Shown here piece after piece: positions 51,906 to 60,827 of a stretch of 64,000 bases of DNA. The notes below the pieces were generated by a model, which was given only the letters and a program-made list of their open reading frames with translations, made no database searches and had not been told where the DNA came from. The position numbers and the translations under genes were made by a program. The DNA is from an uncultured delta proteobacterium (GTDB taxonomy: Bacteria; Desulfobacterota; BSN033; UBA1163). How positions within the stretch are numbered: position 1 is the first letter of the stretch; the number at the start of each line of letters is the position of its first letter. The stretch lies in the NCBI GenBank assembly GCA_963708295.1, contig CAVPSJ010000004.1, forward strand, positions 288,001-352,000, in the 5' to 3' direction.

Positions 51906-51926
51906 GTTCTCTTCCCGACGGATGAG

Positions 51927-51968
51927 AAGCCATGGGTGATGAATGGCCCCATGGCTTTTTTATTTTTT
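51927..51968 (+). terminator. Attenuator terminator 1
   Basis: AAGCCATGGG/CCCATGGCTT stem followed by TTTTTTATTTTTT. Confidence 0.85.
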
Positions 51969-51969
51969 G

Positions 51970-52000
51970 AAGCCACGGAGCCAGCTCTGTGGCTTTTTTT
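51970..52000 (+). terminator. Attenuator terminator 2
   Basis: AAGCCACGGAG-CCAG-CTCTGTGGCTT followed by a T7 run. Confidence 0.85.
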
Positions 52001-52034
52001 GTTCTGAGGATAAGCAAACGATGGAGGAACAGGG

Positions 52035-54197
52035 ATGACAGAGTTCAGATATTCGAATGTCGATCGTGAAATGGAGGTCTACGGCTATGACTCCATGGTC
52101 AAAAGCCATTGCCGGATGTGTCATGGGGGTTGTGGGGTCCTTGTCTACCTCAAAGACGGCAAAGTGGCAAAGATCGCCGGTGATCCCGATTGTCCCATTA
52201 ACCATGGAACGCTCTGCACCAAAGGGCTTGCCTCGGCACAGCTGGCTTATCATCCGGACAGGCTGACCCACCCCGTCAAAAGGGTCGGGCCAAAAGCGAG
52301 CGGTCAATGGGAACGGATTTCATGGGATGAAGCCCTGGACGCCATCGCAAATCGAATCCTCGAATATAAAGAAAAACACGGGCCTGAATCCGTCGTATTC
52401 GGCTACGGGACAGGCCGCGAAAATGAGGCCGTGATCTACCGCATCGCCAACCTCCTCGGGTCCCCAAACGTGCTGACGGCAGGCCATTTCTGTTATGGCC
52501 CGCGGGTGTCGACGGGCATCATCACCTGCGGCACGAATCCTATTGTCGATTATGAGAATTTCCCCAAGTGCGTCATGATGTGGGGAAATAACGTCACGAT
52601 CAGCAATGCCGACGAATATAAAGGCGAGTCCTTCTCCGTCGCTCTCGACCATGGCGCCAAGCTCATCGTGGTTGACCCCAGGCTCACTCGTCCGGCTGCA
52701 CGGGCAAACGTCTGGCTCCAGTTGAGACCCGGCACAGACGCAGCCCTTGCCCTCGGAATGCTCAACGTGATCGTTAACGAAGAGCTTTATGACAAGGAAT
52801 TCGTCGAGCATTATACCCACGGCTGGAATCCTTTTGTCAAAAGGGTGAACGAGTATCCCCTTGAGAAGGTCGAAGAGATCACGTGGGTTCCGAGAGAAAA
52901 GATCAGGGAGGCGGCAAGGCTCTTCGCTACGACCAAACCCGCTGCCATTCAGTGGGGTGTGGCCATCGAGCAGCAAATGAACTGCGCAGACAATGACCGG
53001 CTATTGATGTTCCTCTTAGGGTTGACCGGCAACATCGATGCACCCGGCGGCCAGGTTCTCAACCGGACGCCAAATATCGTTAATGTAGGCCATTTCGGCG
53101 CCCATGGCATGCTTCCCAAGGAACAGTTCGCAAAACGATTGGGCGGGGATCGTTTCCGTCTTGCCTCGCGGTTCGCCATCCTTCAGCCGAAATGTGTCTG
53201 GGATGCCATCCTCGAAGAAACACCCTATCCCGTGAAAATGCTCTTTCTCATCAGTTCCAATCCTGTCATCACCCGTGCCAATGCAAAAGAGGTTTACCGT
53301 GCCCTTGAGAAAGTTGAATTCATGGCGGTGGCCGATTTCTTCCTGACCCCGACCGCGGAACTTGCCGACATTGTGCTCCCCGCTGCAACCTGGCTTGAGA
53401 TGGATTATATCGGCGACTTTTGGAAGCGTCACGGCTATATCCTGCCCCGGCGCAAAGTGATCCAGGTGGGGGAGTGCCGCTCAGACCACGAGATGCTCAA
53501 TGATCTTGCCCACCGGATCGGCCAGGGCCCCTACTGGTGGGACAACTTCGAGCAGGCCCTTGATTATATCCTTCATCCGATGGGTATCGCCTGGGATGAT
53601 TTCAAGAAGATGAATTATATCAGGGGAGAGGTGAAGTATTACAAGTACAAACAGGGAGGATTTTCCACTCCGACCAGAAAGTTTGAGCTCTTCTCCACAG
53701 CCCTCGAAAAGATGGGGTATGATCCTCTTCCCCAGCACAGGGAACCGCCTGAAAGCCCGGTGAGCGCACCGAAGCTTCATCAGGAGTATCCTTATATCCT
53801 CATTACAGGTGCGCGACCGCCCGGTTTTTTCCACACAGAAAACAGACAGGTCCCCCGACTCAGAGAGCTTCACAAGGACCCCATCGTTGAGATCCATCCG
53901 GATGTCGCTCTAAAGGAAGGGATTAAAGAGGGCGATTGGGTCATCATCGAATCCCCGAGAGGGAAAGTGAGACAGCGGGCGAAACTCGCCCTTGGACGGG
54001 ATCCCCGGATCGTAGCGGCCCAGCATGCGTGGTGGTTTCCGGAAAACAGGAATCCCGGTCATGGTTGGGACGAATCCAACATCAACATCCTGACTGACAA
54101 TGCTCTGGAGGGCTGTGACCCGGCAATGGGGGCATCGAATATCAGGACGCTCCTTTGCAGGATACGTCCCGAAAAGAAGGAGGTCAGCCATGAATAA
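52035..54197 (+). CDS. Molybdopterin (bis-MGD) oxidoreductase, acetylene-hydratase-like clade
   Basis: CRMCHGGC...LCTKG [4Fe-4S], WERISWDEALD, HFCYGP (Cys ligand position), RPGTDAALALG, TPTAELADIVLP; no Tat signal. Confidence 0.9.
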   Translation: MTEFRYSNVDREMEVYGYDSMVKSHCRMCHGGCGVLVYLKDGKVAKIAGDPDCPINHGTLCTKGLASAQLAYHPDRLTHPVKRVGPKASGQWERISWDEALDAIANRILEYKEKHGPESVVFGYGTGRENEAVIYRIANLLGSPNVLTAGHFCYGPRVSTGIITCGTNPIVDYENFPKCVMMWGNNVTISNADEYKGESFSVALDHGAKLIVVDPRLTRPAARANVWLQLRPGTDAALALGMLNVIVNEELYDKEFVEHYTHGWNPFVKRVNEYPLEKVEEITWVPREKIREAARLFATTKPAAIQWGVAIEQQMNCADNDRLLMFLLGLTGNIDAPGGQVLNRTPNIVNVGHFGAHGMLPKEQFAKRLGGDRFRLASRFAILQPKCVWDAILEETPYPVKMLFLISSNPVITRANAKEVYRALEKVEFMAVADFFLTPTAELADIVLPAATWLEMDYIGDFWKRHGYILPRRKVIQVGECRSDHEMLNDLAHRIGQGPYWWDNFEQALDYILHPMGIAWDDFKKMNYIRGEVKYYKYKQGGFSTPTRKFELFSTALEKMGYDPLPQHREPPESPVSAPKLHQEYPYILITGARPPGFFHTENRQVPRLRELHKDPIVEIHPDVALKEGIKEGDWVIIESPRGKVRQRAKLALGRDPRIVAAQHAWWFPENRNPGHGWDESNINILTDNALEGCDPAMGASNIRTLLCRIRPEKKEVSHE

Positions 54198-56184
54198 ATA
54201 TGCGCTGATTATCGAAGAGTATGCCTGCTGGGGGTGCAGGACCTGTGAAGTCGCCTGCCAACAGGAATACAATCCGGTCGAGTCGAAAGACGGGGTCAAG
54301 TATCTCTCGGTTTGGCCGGATGGTCCCAAGGTCATGAACGGGAAGCTTGATTTCATATGGCGTGTGAACGTCTGCAAACATTGTGCGGAGCCCCTCTGCG
54401 CCAAGGCCTGTCCCGAAGATGCCATTACGAAAGACCCAAAGACAGGCATTGTCCTCAGCGAAAGAGAGAAGTGCAGCGGCTGTCAGGCAGTCATGGGTGA
54501 GTCCCGAGCTGAAAAGCAGGAAACCTCTCCGTGTAAGATGGAATGTCCGGCGCACAACAATGTTCAGGGATACGTGAATCTTGCTGCCAAGGGGAAGTTT
54601 CAGGAAGCTCTGCAACTGATCAAGGAGACCAGCCCCTTCCCGTCGATCTGCGGGAGGATCTGTCATCACCCCTGTGAAACGGACTGTCACCGGTCTCAAA
54701 TCGACGAATCCGTAGCCGCCCACTCCATTGAGCGCTTCCTGGGCGATTTGGATCTCAATTCAAGCACCCGCTATCAGCCCCGCATAAAAGCCAGGAAAAA
54801 AGAGAAAGTCGCCGTTGTCGGATCCGGCCCTGCCGGATTAACCTGTGCCTACTATCTTGCACGAGAAGGCTACCCGGTAACGATCTTCGAAAAAGCTGAC
54901 CTGCTGGGAGGGATGCTTGCAATGGCCATCCCCTCCTACCGTCTTCCCTCGGAAGTTATCGAGGCTGAAATCCGGCTCATTCGCGATCTGGGTGTGACCA
55001 TGAAAACCGGCGTGGAGGTGGGCAAAGATAAAACCGTTGCTCAATTGCGCCAAGAGGGCTTCAAGGCCTTCTTCATCGCCATCGGAACACAGGAGTGTTC
55101 GCGACTGGGAATTGAAGGCGAGGACCTGAAGGGCGTCTATCAGGGATTGGACTATCTCCGAAGTATCAAGCGTGGAGAATCGTTGGCCCTGGGGAAGGAC
55201 GTCGTCGTCATTGGCGGAGGGAATGCCGCAATGGATGCCGTCAGGTCAGCCCGCAGATCGGGAGCCGAAAACGCCACGATTCTCTATCGCCGGGGTCTGG
55301 AGGAAATGCCTGCAAGACCTGAAGAGATTGAGGAATGCCGGGAAGAAGGGATTTCCATCCAAACCCTGACTCAACCTGCGCGATTCATCGGCAAGAATGG
55401 AGAAGTAAAAGCGATCGAATGCGTAAAAGTGCGCCTGGCGGACCCGGACGGGAGTGGCCGGCGGAGACCCGAGCCCATCCCTGCCTCGGAATTTACGATT
55501 CAAGTCAGCGCCGTCATCACGGCCCTGGGGCAAGAAGCGGACTGGGCCTGCCTGACCCCGGAGTGCTCCTGCACGTTGACCCCATGGGGAACAATGAAGG
55601 TGGACCCTTTGACGCTTCAGAGCGAGGATCCTGACATCTTTGCGGGCGGAGATGCGGTCAGAGGCCCCCAGACCGTTATCGAAGCGATTGCAGACGGGAG
55701 ACGGGCAGCGGTATCGATCGATCGATACATCGAAAGCCGGGGCCTTCGATCGGATGGAGATATTGAATTGAAAGCAATCACGACCCCGCAGAAAGGGAAA
55801 TACGATCCGTCTCCCCGGTCTCAGATGCCCCGTCTGGAGGCTCAAGAGCGAACCAACAATTTCGCGGAGGTTCAAAAAGGCTTCACCAAGGAGACGGCCA
55901 TGCAGGAGGCACAGCGGTGTATCTCCTGCGGCAGTTGCTGCATACAGGCCTGTCCCTATGGCGCCATTGCCTTTGACCCAAAGACCGGAAAGATCCAGAA
56001 GTGCAACCTTTGTCATCACCGGGTGACGAACGGACTCTATCCTGCCTGTGCGGACAACGTCTGCCTCGCCCATTGCATCTACTTCGGCGATCCCGCCGAG
56101 ATTGAACAAAGGATTCTGGAGAAAAGGAAGATCAGAGGAGGCTGGGGAGAAATCCTTCCTAAGGCTTTCATCGGCTCGAGGTGA
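54190..56184 (+). CDS. DmsB-like 4Fe-4S protein with an inserted GltD-like FAD/NAD(P)H oxidoreductase
   Basis: CWGCRTCEVAC, CKHCAEPLCAKACP, CGRICHHPCE, GSGPAG, GGGNAAMD, YRR, CIQACPY, KCNLC. Confidence 0.9.
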   Translation: MNKYALIIEEYACWGCRTCEVACQQEYNPVESKDGVKYLSVWPDGPKVMNGKLDFIWRVNVCKHCAEPLCAKACPEDAITKDPKTGIVLSEREKCSGCQAVMGESRAEKQETSPCKMECPAHNNVQGYVNLAAKGKFQEALQLIKETSPFPSICGRICHHPCETDCHRSQIDESVAAHSIERFLGDLDLNSSTRYQPRIKARKKEKVAVVGSGPAGLTCAYYLAREGYPVTIFEKADLLGGMLAMAIPSYRLPSEVIEAEIRLIRDLGVTMKTGVEVGKDKTVAQLRQEGFKAFFIAIGTQECSRLGIEGEDLKGVYQGLDYLRSIKRGESLALGKDVVVIGGGNAAMDAVRSARRSGAENATILYRRGLEEMPARPEEIEECREEGISIQTLTQPARFIGKNGEVKAIECVKVRLADPDGSGRRRPEPIPASEFTIQVSAVITALGQEADWACLTPECSCTLTPWGTMKVDPLTLQSEDPDIFAGGDAVRGPQTVIEAIADGRRAAVSIDRYIESRGLRSDGDIELKAITTPQKGKYDPSPRSQMPRLEAQERTNNFAEVQKGFTKETAMQEAQRCISCGSCCIQACPYGAIAFDPKTGKIQKCNLCHHRVTNGLYPACADNVCLAHCIYFGDPAEIEQRILEKRKIRGGWGEILPKAFIGSR

Positions 56185-56386
56185 GATTCGGGACAATTTC
56201 TCGAGATATCGAGTCGAATTGAATTTCTAGTCTGTCTTGACGAAACGTCTCATAAAGGTTATCAAATTTGTCAGGTGAGGCTTCTTCTCAGCAAAACTCT
56301 CAGAAGTTTTTCTTGAGAAGGGCGGAGGGATTTGGCCTATGAAAAGGAGTGGGATGGGGGAGACAGGGCCAAAGGAGAAAAACTGA

Positions 56387-57097
56387 ATGGATCATAAGAG
56401 TTGTTTCGGTTCAATCAAGGAGGTCACCCTCAGCAATAGCCAAACCTCTATCCAGTCAAGACCCGAGTGCCGAACCTGCCAGGAAATCCGCGACTGTTTG
56501 CGCCAGACCAGACAGCTTGTGGATGAGCAGAATGAAAAAGACGAGCTGAAGAAACAGAGCTGGATTACTGAAATTATCGACCACTCTTTTGTCGTCTCGA
56601 ATGAACTCGGCTCCTGCTTGCTGAAGTTTCTGAATAAAATTTACAGCTCATCCATCGGGGCAATCCTTTTTAAGAACCTCTTTCTATTTTTTGACGTCCC
56701 GCAGAATACCCTGTCTTCAAACCTGTCCATCTCCATCTCCCGGACGATGATGGGCTTGCTCCGGGGAGAGAAGGAAGAATCAAGCCCTCCTCCCAATCCG
56801 CAAGCTTTCTATCAGCGGCGGGCACCCGATGAAGGATTTATTCTCCGGATCATTCTTTTCCAGAAGTCTTTTCCCAACTCCCAAGAGGCGAACATGGGAA
56901 TGATCGCTTATGAAGCGGCCCGTGCGCTTGCTTCCGACGATCTCGGGATCAAGCAGATTCTTCAGGTTCTCCCCGAGTCTGAAGCCAGCGCATTCAGGAG
57001 AATGGATCCCGAGGCCCGAATAAAATGGCTGATTGGGAAATGGGGTTTTCTGGAAGAGTATGGAGCCTTGAAAAAAATAGTGGCGTTATCGGAGTAA
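56387..57097 (+). CDS. Hypothetical protein with N-terminal Cys motif
   Basis: SCFG...ECRTC...DC; SD AGGAG. Confidence 0.7.
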   Translation: MDHKSCFGSIKEVTLSNSQTSIQSRPECRTCQEIRDCLRQTRQLVDEQNEKDELKKQSWITEIIDHSFVVSNELGSCLLKFLNKIYSSSIGAILFKNLFLFFDVPQNTLSSNLSISISRTMMGLLRGEKEESSPPPNPQAFYQRRAPDEGFILRIILFQKSFPNSQEANMGMIAYEAARALASDDLGIKQILQVLPESEASAFRRMDPEARIKWLIGKWGFLEEYGALKKIVALSE

Positions 57098-57160
57098 ACC
57101 CCGTAAGAAATTCCAGCCGTTGCGACTCGAAACCGAGCGGGGCATTATTTCTAACGGGGT
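57098..57160. repeat. Miniature inverted-repeat element
   Basis: ACCCCGTAAGAAAT...ATTTCTAACGGGGT terminal inverted repeats. Confidence 0.6.
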
Positions 57161-57351
57161 AATCCCGTCCGTTCCCCGCCTTTAAACCCGTCTTCCACCC
57201 TGTTCATTTCTCCAACAAATCGGAACCGGGTGCTGAAACCGGTTCAGCATGACGGTTTAGTTCTGGCCTTTTTGTCATCCCGAACTGGGTTCGGGATCTC
57301 TCTTTGGGTCTAAGAATTTAGGCGCTAAAGCCCTGCCCCGGGCGGGGCTGT

Positions 57352-58014
57352 TTATTGTTTTGACAGCCTCCTTCCCTTCAATTCTGGCTTCTTTAAAGCT
57401 GCCCCAAGGAGCGGTGGAGATTTTTTCACAGGGGGAATGTTTTCCGTATTTCTGGCAGGGGTACAGATCAGCACGTTTCTCTCGTCTCTCTCGAAAGCAC
57501 ATTTTTCTTCGAGGACGGTCTTTAGCTTCTTCCGTGCCCTGTGAAGCCTCACTTTGACGTTCTCAATCGTTATTCCAAGAATTTCCGCGCTCTCCTGATG
57601 GCTGAACTCCATCATATCGAAAAGGACAAGCACGGTTCTCAGAGGCTCCGGCAAAAGGTTGATCTGGTTCTGAACACATTCTCCCATTTGACGTTGTTCC
57701 ATTTCTTCTTGAATGCCGAGCCCTTTTTGAATCAGGGCTTCTTTAAGATCTCCCGTTTCTTCCTGGTCTATGCTTTCTTCTTTGCGAGATTTCTTCAACC
57801 CGCGAAAATGGTCCTGGCAGAGGTTATGGGCAATCCGAAATATCCAGGGAGACAACCGGGAGGGATCTCTCAGGCTTTCAACGTTCTGCTGAACTTTCAA
57901 AAACGTTTCCTGGATGATGTCATCCGCCGCCCATTCCTCCTTTACAAGGGCCAGGATGAACTTTCTTACTCTCGAATAGTGCTGATCGTAAATTTCCCAG
58001 AATTCCATCTCCAT
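57352..58014 (-). CDS. ECF sigma factor with Cys-containing C-terminal extension
   Basis: ADDIIQETFL, WIFRIAHN, VKVRLHRAR, CAFERDERNVLIC. Confidence 0.9.
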   Translation of the reverse strand: MEMEFWEIYDQHYSRVRKFILALVKEEWAADDIIQETFLKVQQNVESLRDPSRLSPWIFRIAHNLCQDHFRGLKKSRKEESIDQEETGDLKEALIQKGLGIQEEMEQRQMGECVQNQINLLPEPLRTVLVLFDMMEFSHQESAEILGITIENVKVRLHRARKKLKTVLEEKCAFERDERNVLICTPARNTENIPPVKKSPPLLGAALKKPELKGRRLSKQ

Positions 58015-58018
58015 TTCA

Positions 58019-58176
58019 CCTTGACCGGAACGTGCCCCGCAAGCCAAGCCTTGGAGGCCGGGTCAAGGGGCAAAATACGAACGAAATTTCCTTTGCTCGC
58101 ATCCTGCTCGCCACTGCGTGCCCGGGAAGCCCCGCCGTGCCTGCCCCGTCCTAACGGGGTGGGCGGGGAGCTTCAA
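58019..58176 (-). repeat. Dispersed structured repeat, copy C
   Basis: Reverse complement matches copies A and B, including the central GGGCACGCAGTGG.GAGCAG.ATGCGAG.AAAGGAA block of A. Confidence 0.8.
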
Positions 58177-58177
58177 A

Positions 58178-58438
58178 TTAGCCGCAACATGATTTGCTGG
58201 CCTGCTTATCGCAGGGCAAGGCATACTCCTTTTCTTCACCCATGAGGCCATTGATGCAATTCTTGATGGCCATATGGGCCCCTTTCTTCACTTGACTGGC
58301 AAGGTCGACAGACTCCTGAATTTCTTCGGTAGAGAGGCCTACCGTTTTGGCCTTTCCAAAGTAGTACTCAAAGCAGGGGATACAGTTCGCTGCCGTAGCT
58401 GCTCCCAAGCATATCAAAACCCTTGTCTTCTCTTCCAT
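58178..58438 (-). CDS. Carboxymuconolactone decarboxylase (AhpD-like) family protein
   Basis: LICLGAATAANCIPC...GLSTEEI, C-terminal SCCG; SD AGGAGG. Confidence 0.8.
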   Translation of the reverse strand: MEEKTRVLICLGAATAANCIPCFEYYFGKAKTVGLSTEEIQESVDLASQVKKGAHMAIKNCINGLMGEEKEYALPCDKQASKSCCG

Positions 58439-58470
58439 CGGCCAGTTCCTCCTTTTGTTTTTTATAGATA

Positions 58471-58498
58471 AGACGGAAAAGGCCTCCGAAAGGTTACA
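58471..58498 (-). promoter_or_regulatory. ECF-type promoter upstream of the CMD-ECF operon
   Basis: TGTAAC-N17-CGTCT. Confidence 0.6.
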
Positions 58499-58563
58499 TC
58501 TTTTTGCATTCTCCAGGTCGGAGTTGTTGAAACAGAGGGGACAGGACGTCTTTTGCCAATCGC

Positions 58564-58995
58564 TCATGACTTATCCCGATCTTCTACGCTGAGTTCCATA
58601 ACGATGTGTCCCCAGCCACCACATTGCACCCCCACATCAAAGCATCCAGCCCTCCTGAATCGCATCTCATTGGGGTCGATGCCGGCGTAGAATAATTCAT
58701 TCGATGTGAAAATTAAGCTTGCGATCGAGCTTAATGCATAGATGCAAATCTTCTTAGGACAGAGTTTCGTGATGAGGTTGCCTGCCCCATCAAAATAGAA
58801 TTTATCCCCTGCTTTGTGCCCGCTATTGCACCCATGAGAGTCCACCACCGTGGCAACAATGGTTTTATTCATCAGGGCAGATGCTTTGGCCAGGACATCC
58901 GCATTCCTCGGATCTTCTCTGAACTTCTTTATCTCTTCATCGTTGTAACCCAGGCGCTGTTGGACCGTTTTCCATGCTCCTTCATCCATTTTCAT
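58564..58995 (-). CDS. Cys-rich hypothetical protein (TIGR04076-like)
   Basis: GCNSGHKAGDKF, KICIYAL, GCFDVG..CGGWG. Confidence 0.7.
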   Translation of the reverse strand: MKMDEGAWKTVQQRLGYNDEEIKKFREDPRNADVLAKASALMNKTIVATVVDSHGCNSGHKAGDKFYFDGAGNLITKLCPKKICIYALSSIASLIFTSNELFYAGIDPNEMRFRRAGCFDVGVQCGGWGHIVMELSVEDRDKS

Positions 58996-59069
58996 GTTTG
59001 TCTCCTTTCTCAGGATCTCATTCCTTTTTCGATTCACCCCCCCTCACACCGGGGTTCGTCTCCTGTGTT

Positions 59070-60713
59070 CTATTGGAGGCCATACTCCTCGGTGGCCATC
59101 TCTCTTATCTTGAATTTCTGAACCTTGCCCAGGGGTGTCGTCGGAAATTCCCCGACGAATTTGACATACCGGGGAAAGTGAGAAACGGGGAGTCTCTCTC
59201 TGCAGTATTGACGAATCTCCTCCTCGGTGGCTATCGCCCCTTCTTCCAGTTGAATCCACGCAGCCACCTCCTCTCCCAACCTCTTATCCGGAACTCCAAA
59301 GACCTGAGCGTTCGAGATTTTGGGATGACGAAAGAGCACTTCTTCGATTTCGCTTGGAAAGATCCCCTCCCCTCCCTTGTTGATCACCTCTTTTAGCCTT
59401 CCAGCTGTCCTCACATATCCCTCTCTATCCATACTCCCAAGATCCCCGGTATGGAGCCAACCTCCTGAATCGATCGCGTTGGCTGTGGCAGAAGGCATCT
59501 TATAATAGCCTTTCATATTAAAACCCCGTGCACAGATCTCACCCACAGCACTCCCATCTCTGGGGACTTCATCGCCCGATACCGGGTCTATGATCTTCGC
59601 CTCCACGTGAGGCAGGGGTCTGCCCACCGTTGAAACCCTCAACTCCAGGGCATCATCGGGACGGGTCATCGTGACCCACGAAGACGACTCCGTTTGGCCA
59701 TATCCGATAACGATCTCCCGGACTCCCATCTCGCCCACCACCCTCCTCATCACCTCCATGAGACACTGGGCCCCGCCCATAATCCCTGTCCGAAGAGAGT
59801 TTACAATGGAGGCTCGATATCGCGGGTCCCCCATCAGGGCAATAAAAGCACTGGGAGACCCATAAACGGCCGTGCACCGCTCTTTCTCGATTGCCTCGAG
59901 AATCCTGGGTGGGTCAAAGGTCTCAGAAGGGATGATGAGGGTTGCCCCTTTGATCACCGAAGCCAAGGACACGCAGACACAACCAAACATATGGGACAAA
60001 GGAACGGAGAGGCAAAGCCGGTCTTTTTCAGTTATTCTCTGGTTCTCCGCACTCGCCAACGTTGTGTTAACGATGCCAAAGTGTGTGGACATCACGCCCT
60101 TTGGGGCTCCGGTTGTTCCTGAAGTGTAAAGGATGGTTACGATATGATCTTCACGACAAGTCCCCTGCCGTTCGGCCAACCTCTGATCCGGAACCTCCCT
60201 CCCCATGCCCAGAATCTCCTTCCATTGAAACATGCCACCCGAATTTCGACCTGAGATGAGGATAATATTTCGGAGCTCCGGAAACGCGCTGCTGGTCAAC
60301 TGGCCGGGGATTGCTTCCTTCACTTCCGGGCAAAGCTGACGGATCATGTCGATATATTCAGATCCCTTCATTCCTTCCGCCATGACAAGGGACTTTGAAT
60401 CGGACTGGCGCAGGAAATATTCGAGTTGCTCGATTTTGCAGTTGATATCGATGCTGACGAGGATCACCCCTATCTTTGCCAGCGCGAATTGAGTGATTGT
60501 CCACTCCCAGCGATTTGGACTCCACAGGGCCAGGTGATCTCCTTGCTTGAGGCCGAGCTTCAGAAATCCCTTTGCCGTCTGGTTCACCGTTGCCAAGAAT
60601 TCTGTGTACGAGAACCTCACGCCCTGGGACAGATCCACCAGCGCCTCTTTCTCGGGAAATTTCAAAGCGACTTCATCCAATAGGTCGCCCACGGTCTTTC
60701 TCACCAAGTCCAT
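59070..60713 (-). CDS. Acyl-CoA synthetase (AMP-binding)
   Basis: YTSGTTGAPKG, GYGQTE, WLHTGDLG, GKVQK. Confidence 0.93.
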   Translation of the reverse strand: MDLVRKTVGDLLDEVALKFPEKEALVDLSQGVRFSYTEFLATVNQTAKGFLKLGLKQGDHLALWSPNRWEWTITQFALAKIGVILVSIDINCKIEQLEYFLRQSDSKSLVMAEGMKGSEYIDMIRQLCPEVKEAIPGQLTSSAFPELRNIILISGRNSGGMFQWKEILGMGREVPDQRLAERQGTCREDHIVTILYTSGTTGAPKGVMSTHFGIVNTTLASAENQRITEKDRLCLSVPLSHMFGCVCVSLASVIKGATLIIPSETFDPPRILEAIEKERCTAVYGSPSAFIALMGDPRYRASIVNSLRTGIMGGAQCLMEVMRRVVGEMGVREIVIGYGQTESSSWVTMTRPDDALELRVSTVGRPLPHVEAKIIDPVSGDEVPRDGSAVGEICARGFNMKGYYKMPSATANAIDSGGWLHTGDLGSMDREGYVRTAGRLKEVINKGGEGIFPSEIEEVLFRHPKISNAQVFGVPDKRLGEEVAAWIQLEEGAIATEEEIRQYCRERLPVSHFPRYVKFVGEFPTTPLGKVQKFKIREMATEEYGLQ

Positions 60714-60760
60714 TCTTTGCCTCCATTCTTCTTTCCAATTGTCTTTGTCATGCAATCCTC

Positions 60761-60808
60761 CCCTCACCCTTCCCCTCTCCCCGCCGGGGAGAGGGGAAGG
60801 GTGAGGGG
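60761..60808. repeat. REP-like palindrome
   Basis: CCCTCACCCTTCCCCTCTCCCCGCCGGGGAGAGGGGAAGGGTGAGGG; relatives near 32531, 38741-38808, 51730. Confidence 0.75.
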
Positions 60809-60827
60809 AAAATCTCAATATTTCTTA

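Noticed and set aside
51890-52000. Moco/Wco riboswitch or T-box upstream of the molybdoenzyme
   Set aside because: Neither consensus is visible; the leader peptide with alternative hairpins explains the region better
55246-56196. 316-aa minus-strand ORF and other long overlapping ORFs
   Set aside because: Antisense shadows of well-supported genes in GC-rich sequence
60714-60818. N-terminal extension PHPSPLPGGERGRVRG on the CoA ligase
   Set aside because: It is the translation of a REP-like palindrome; the real start is probably ATG 60713
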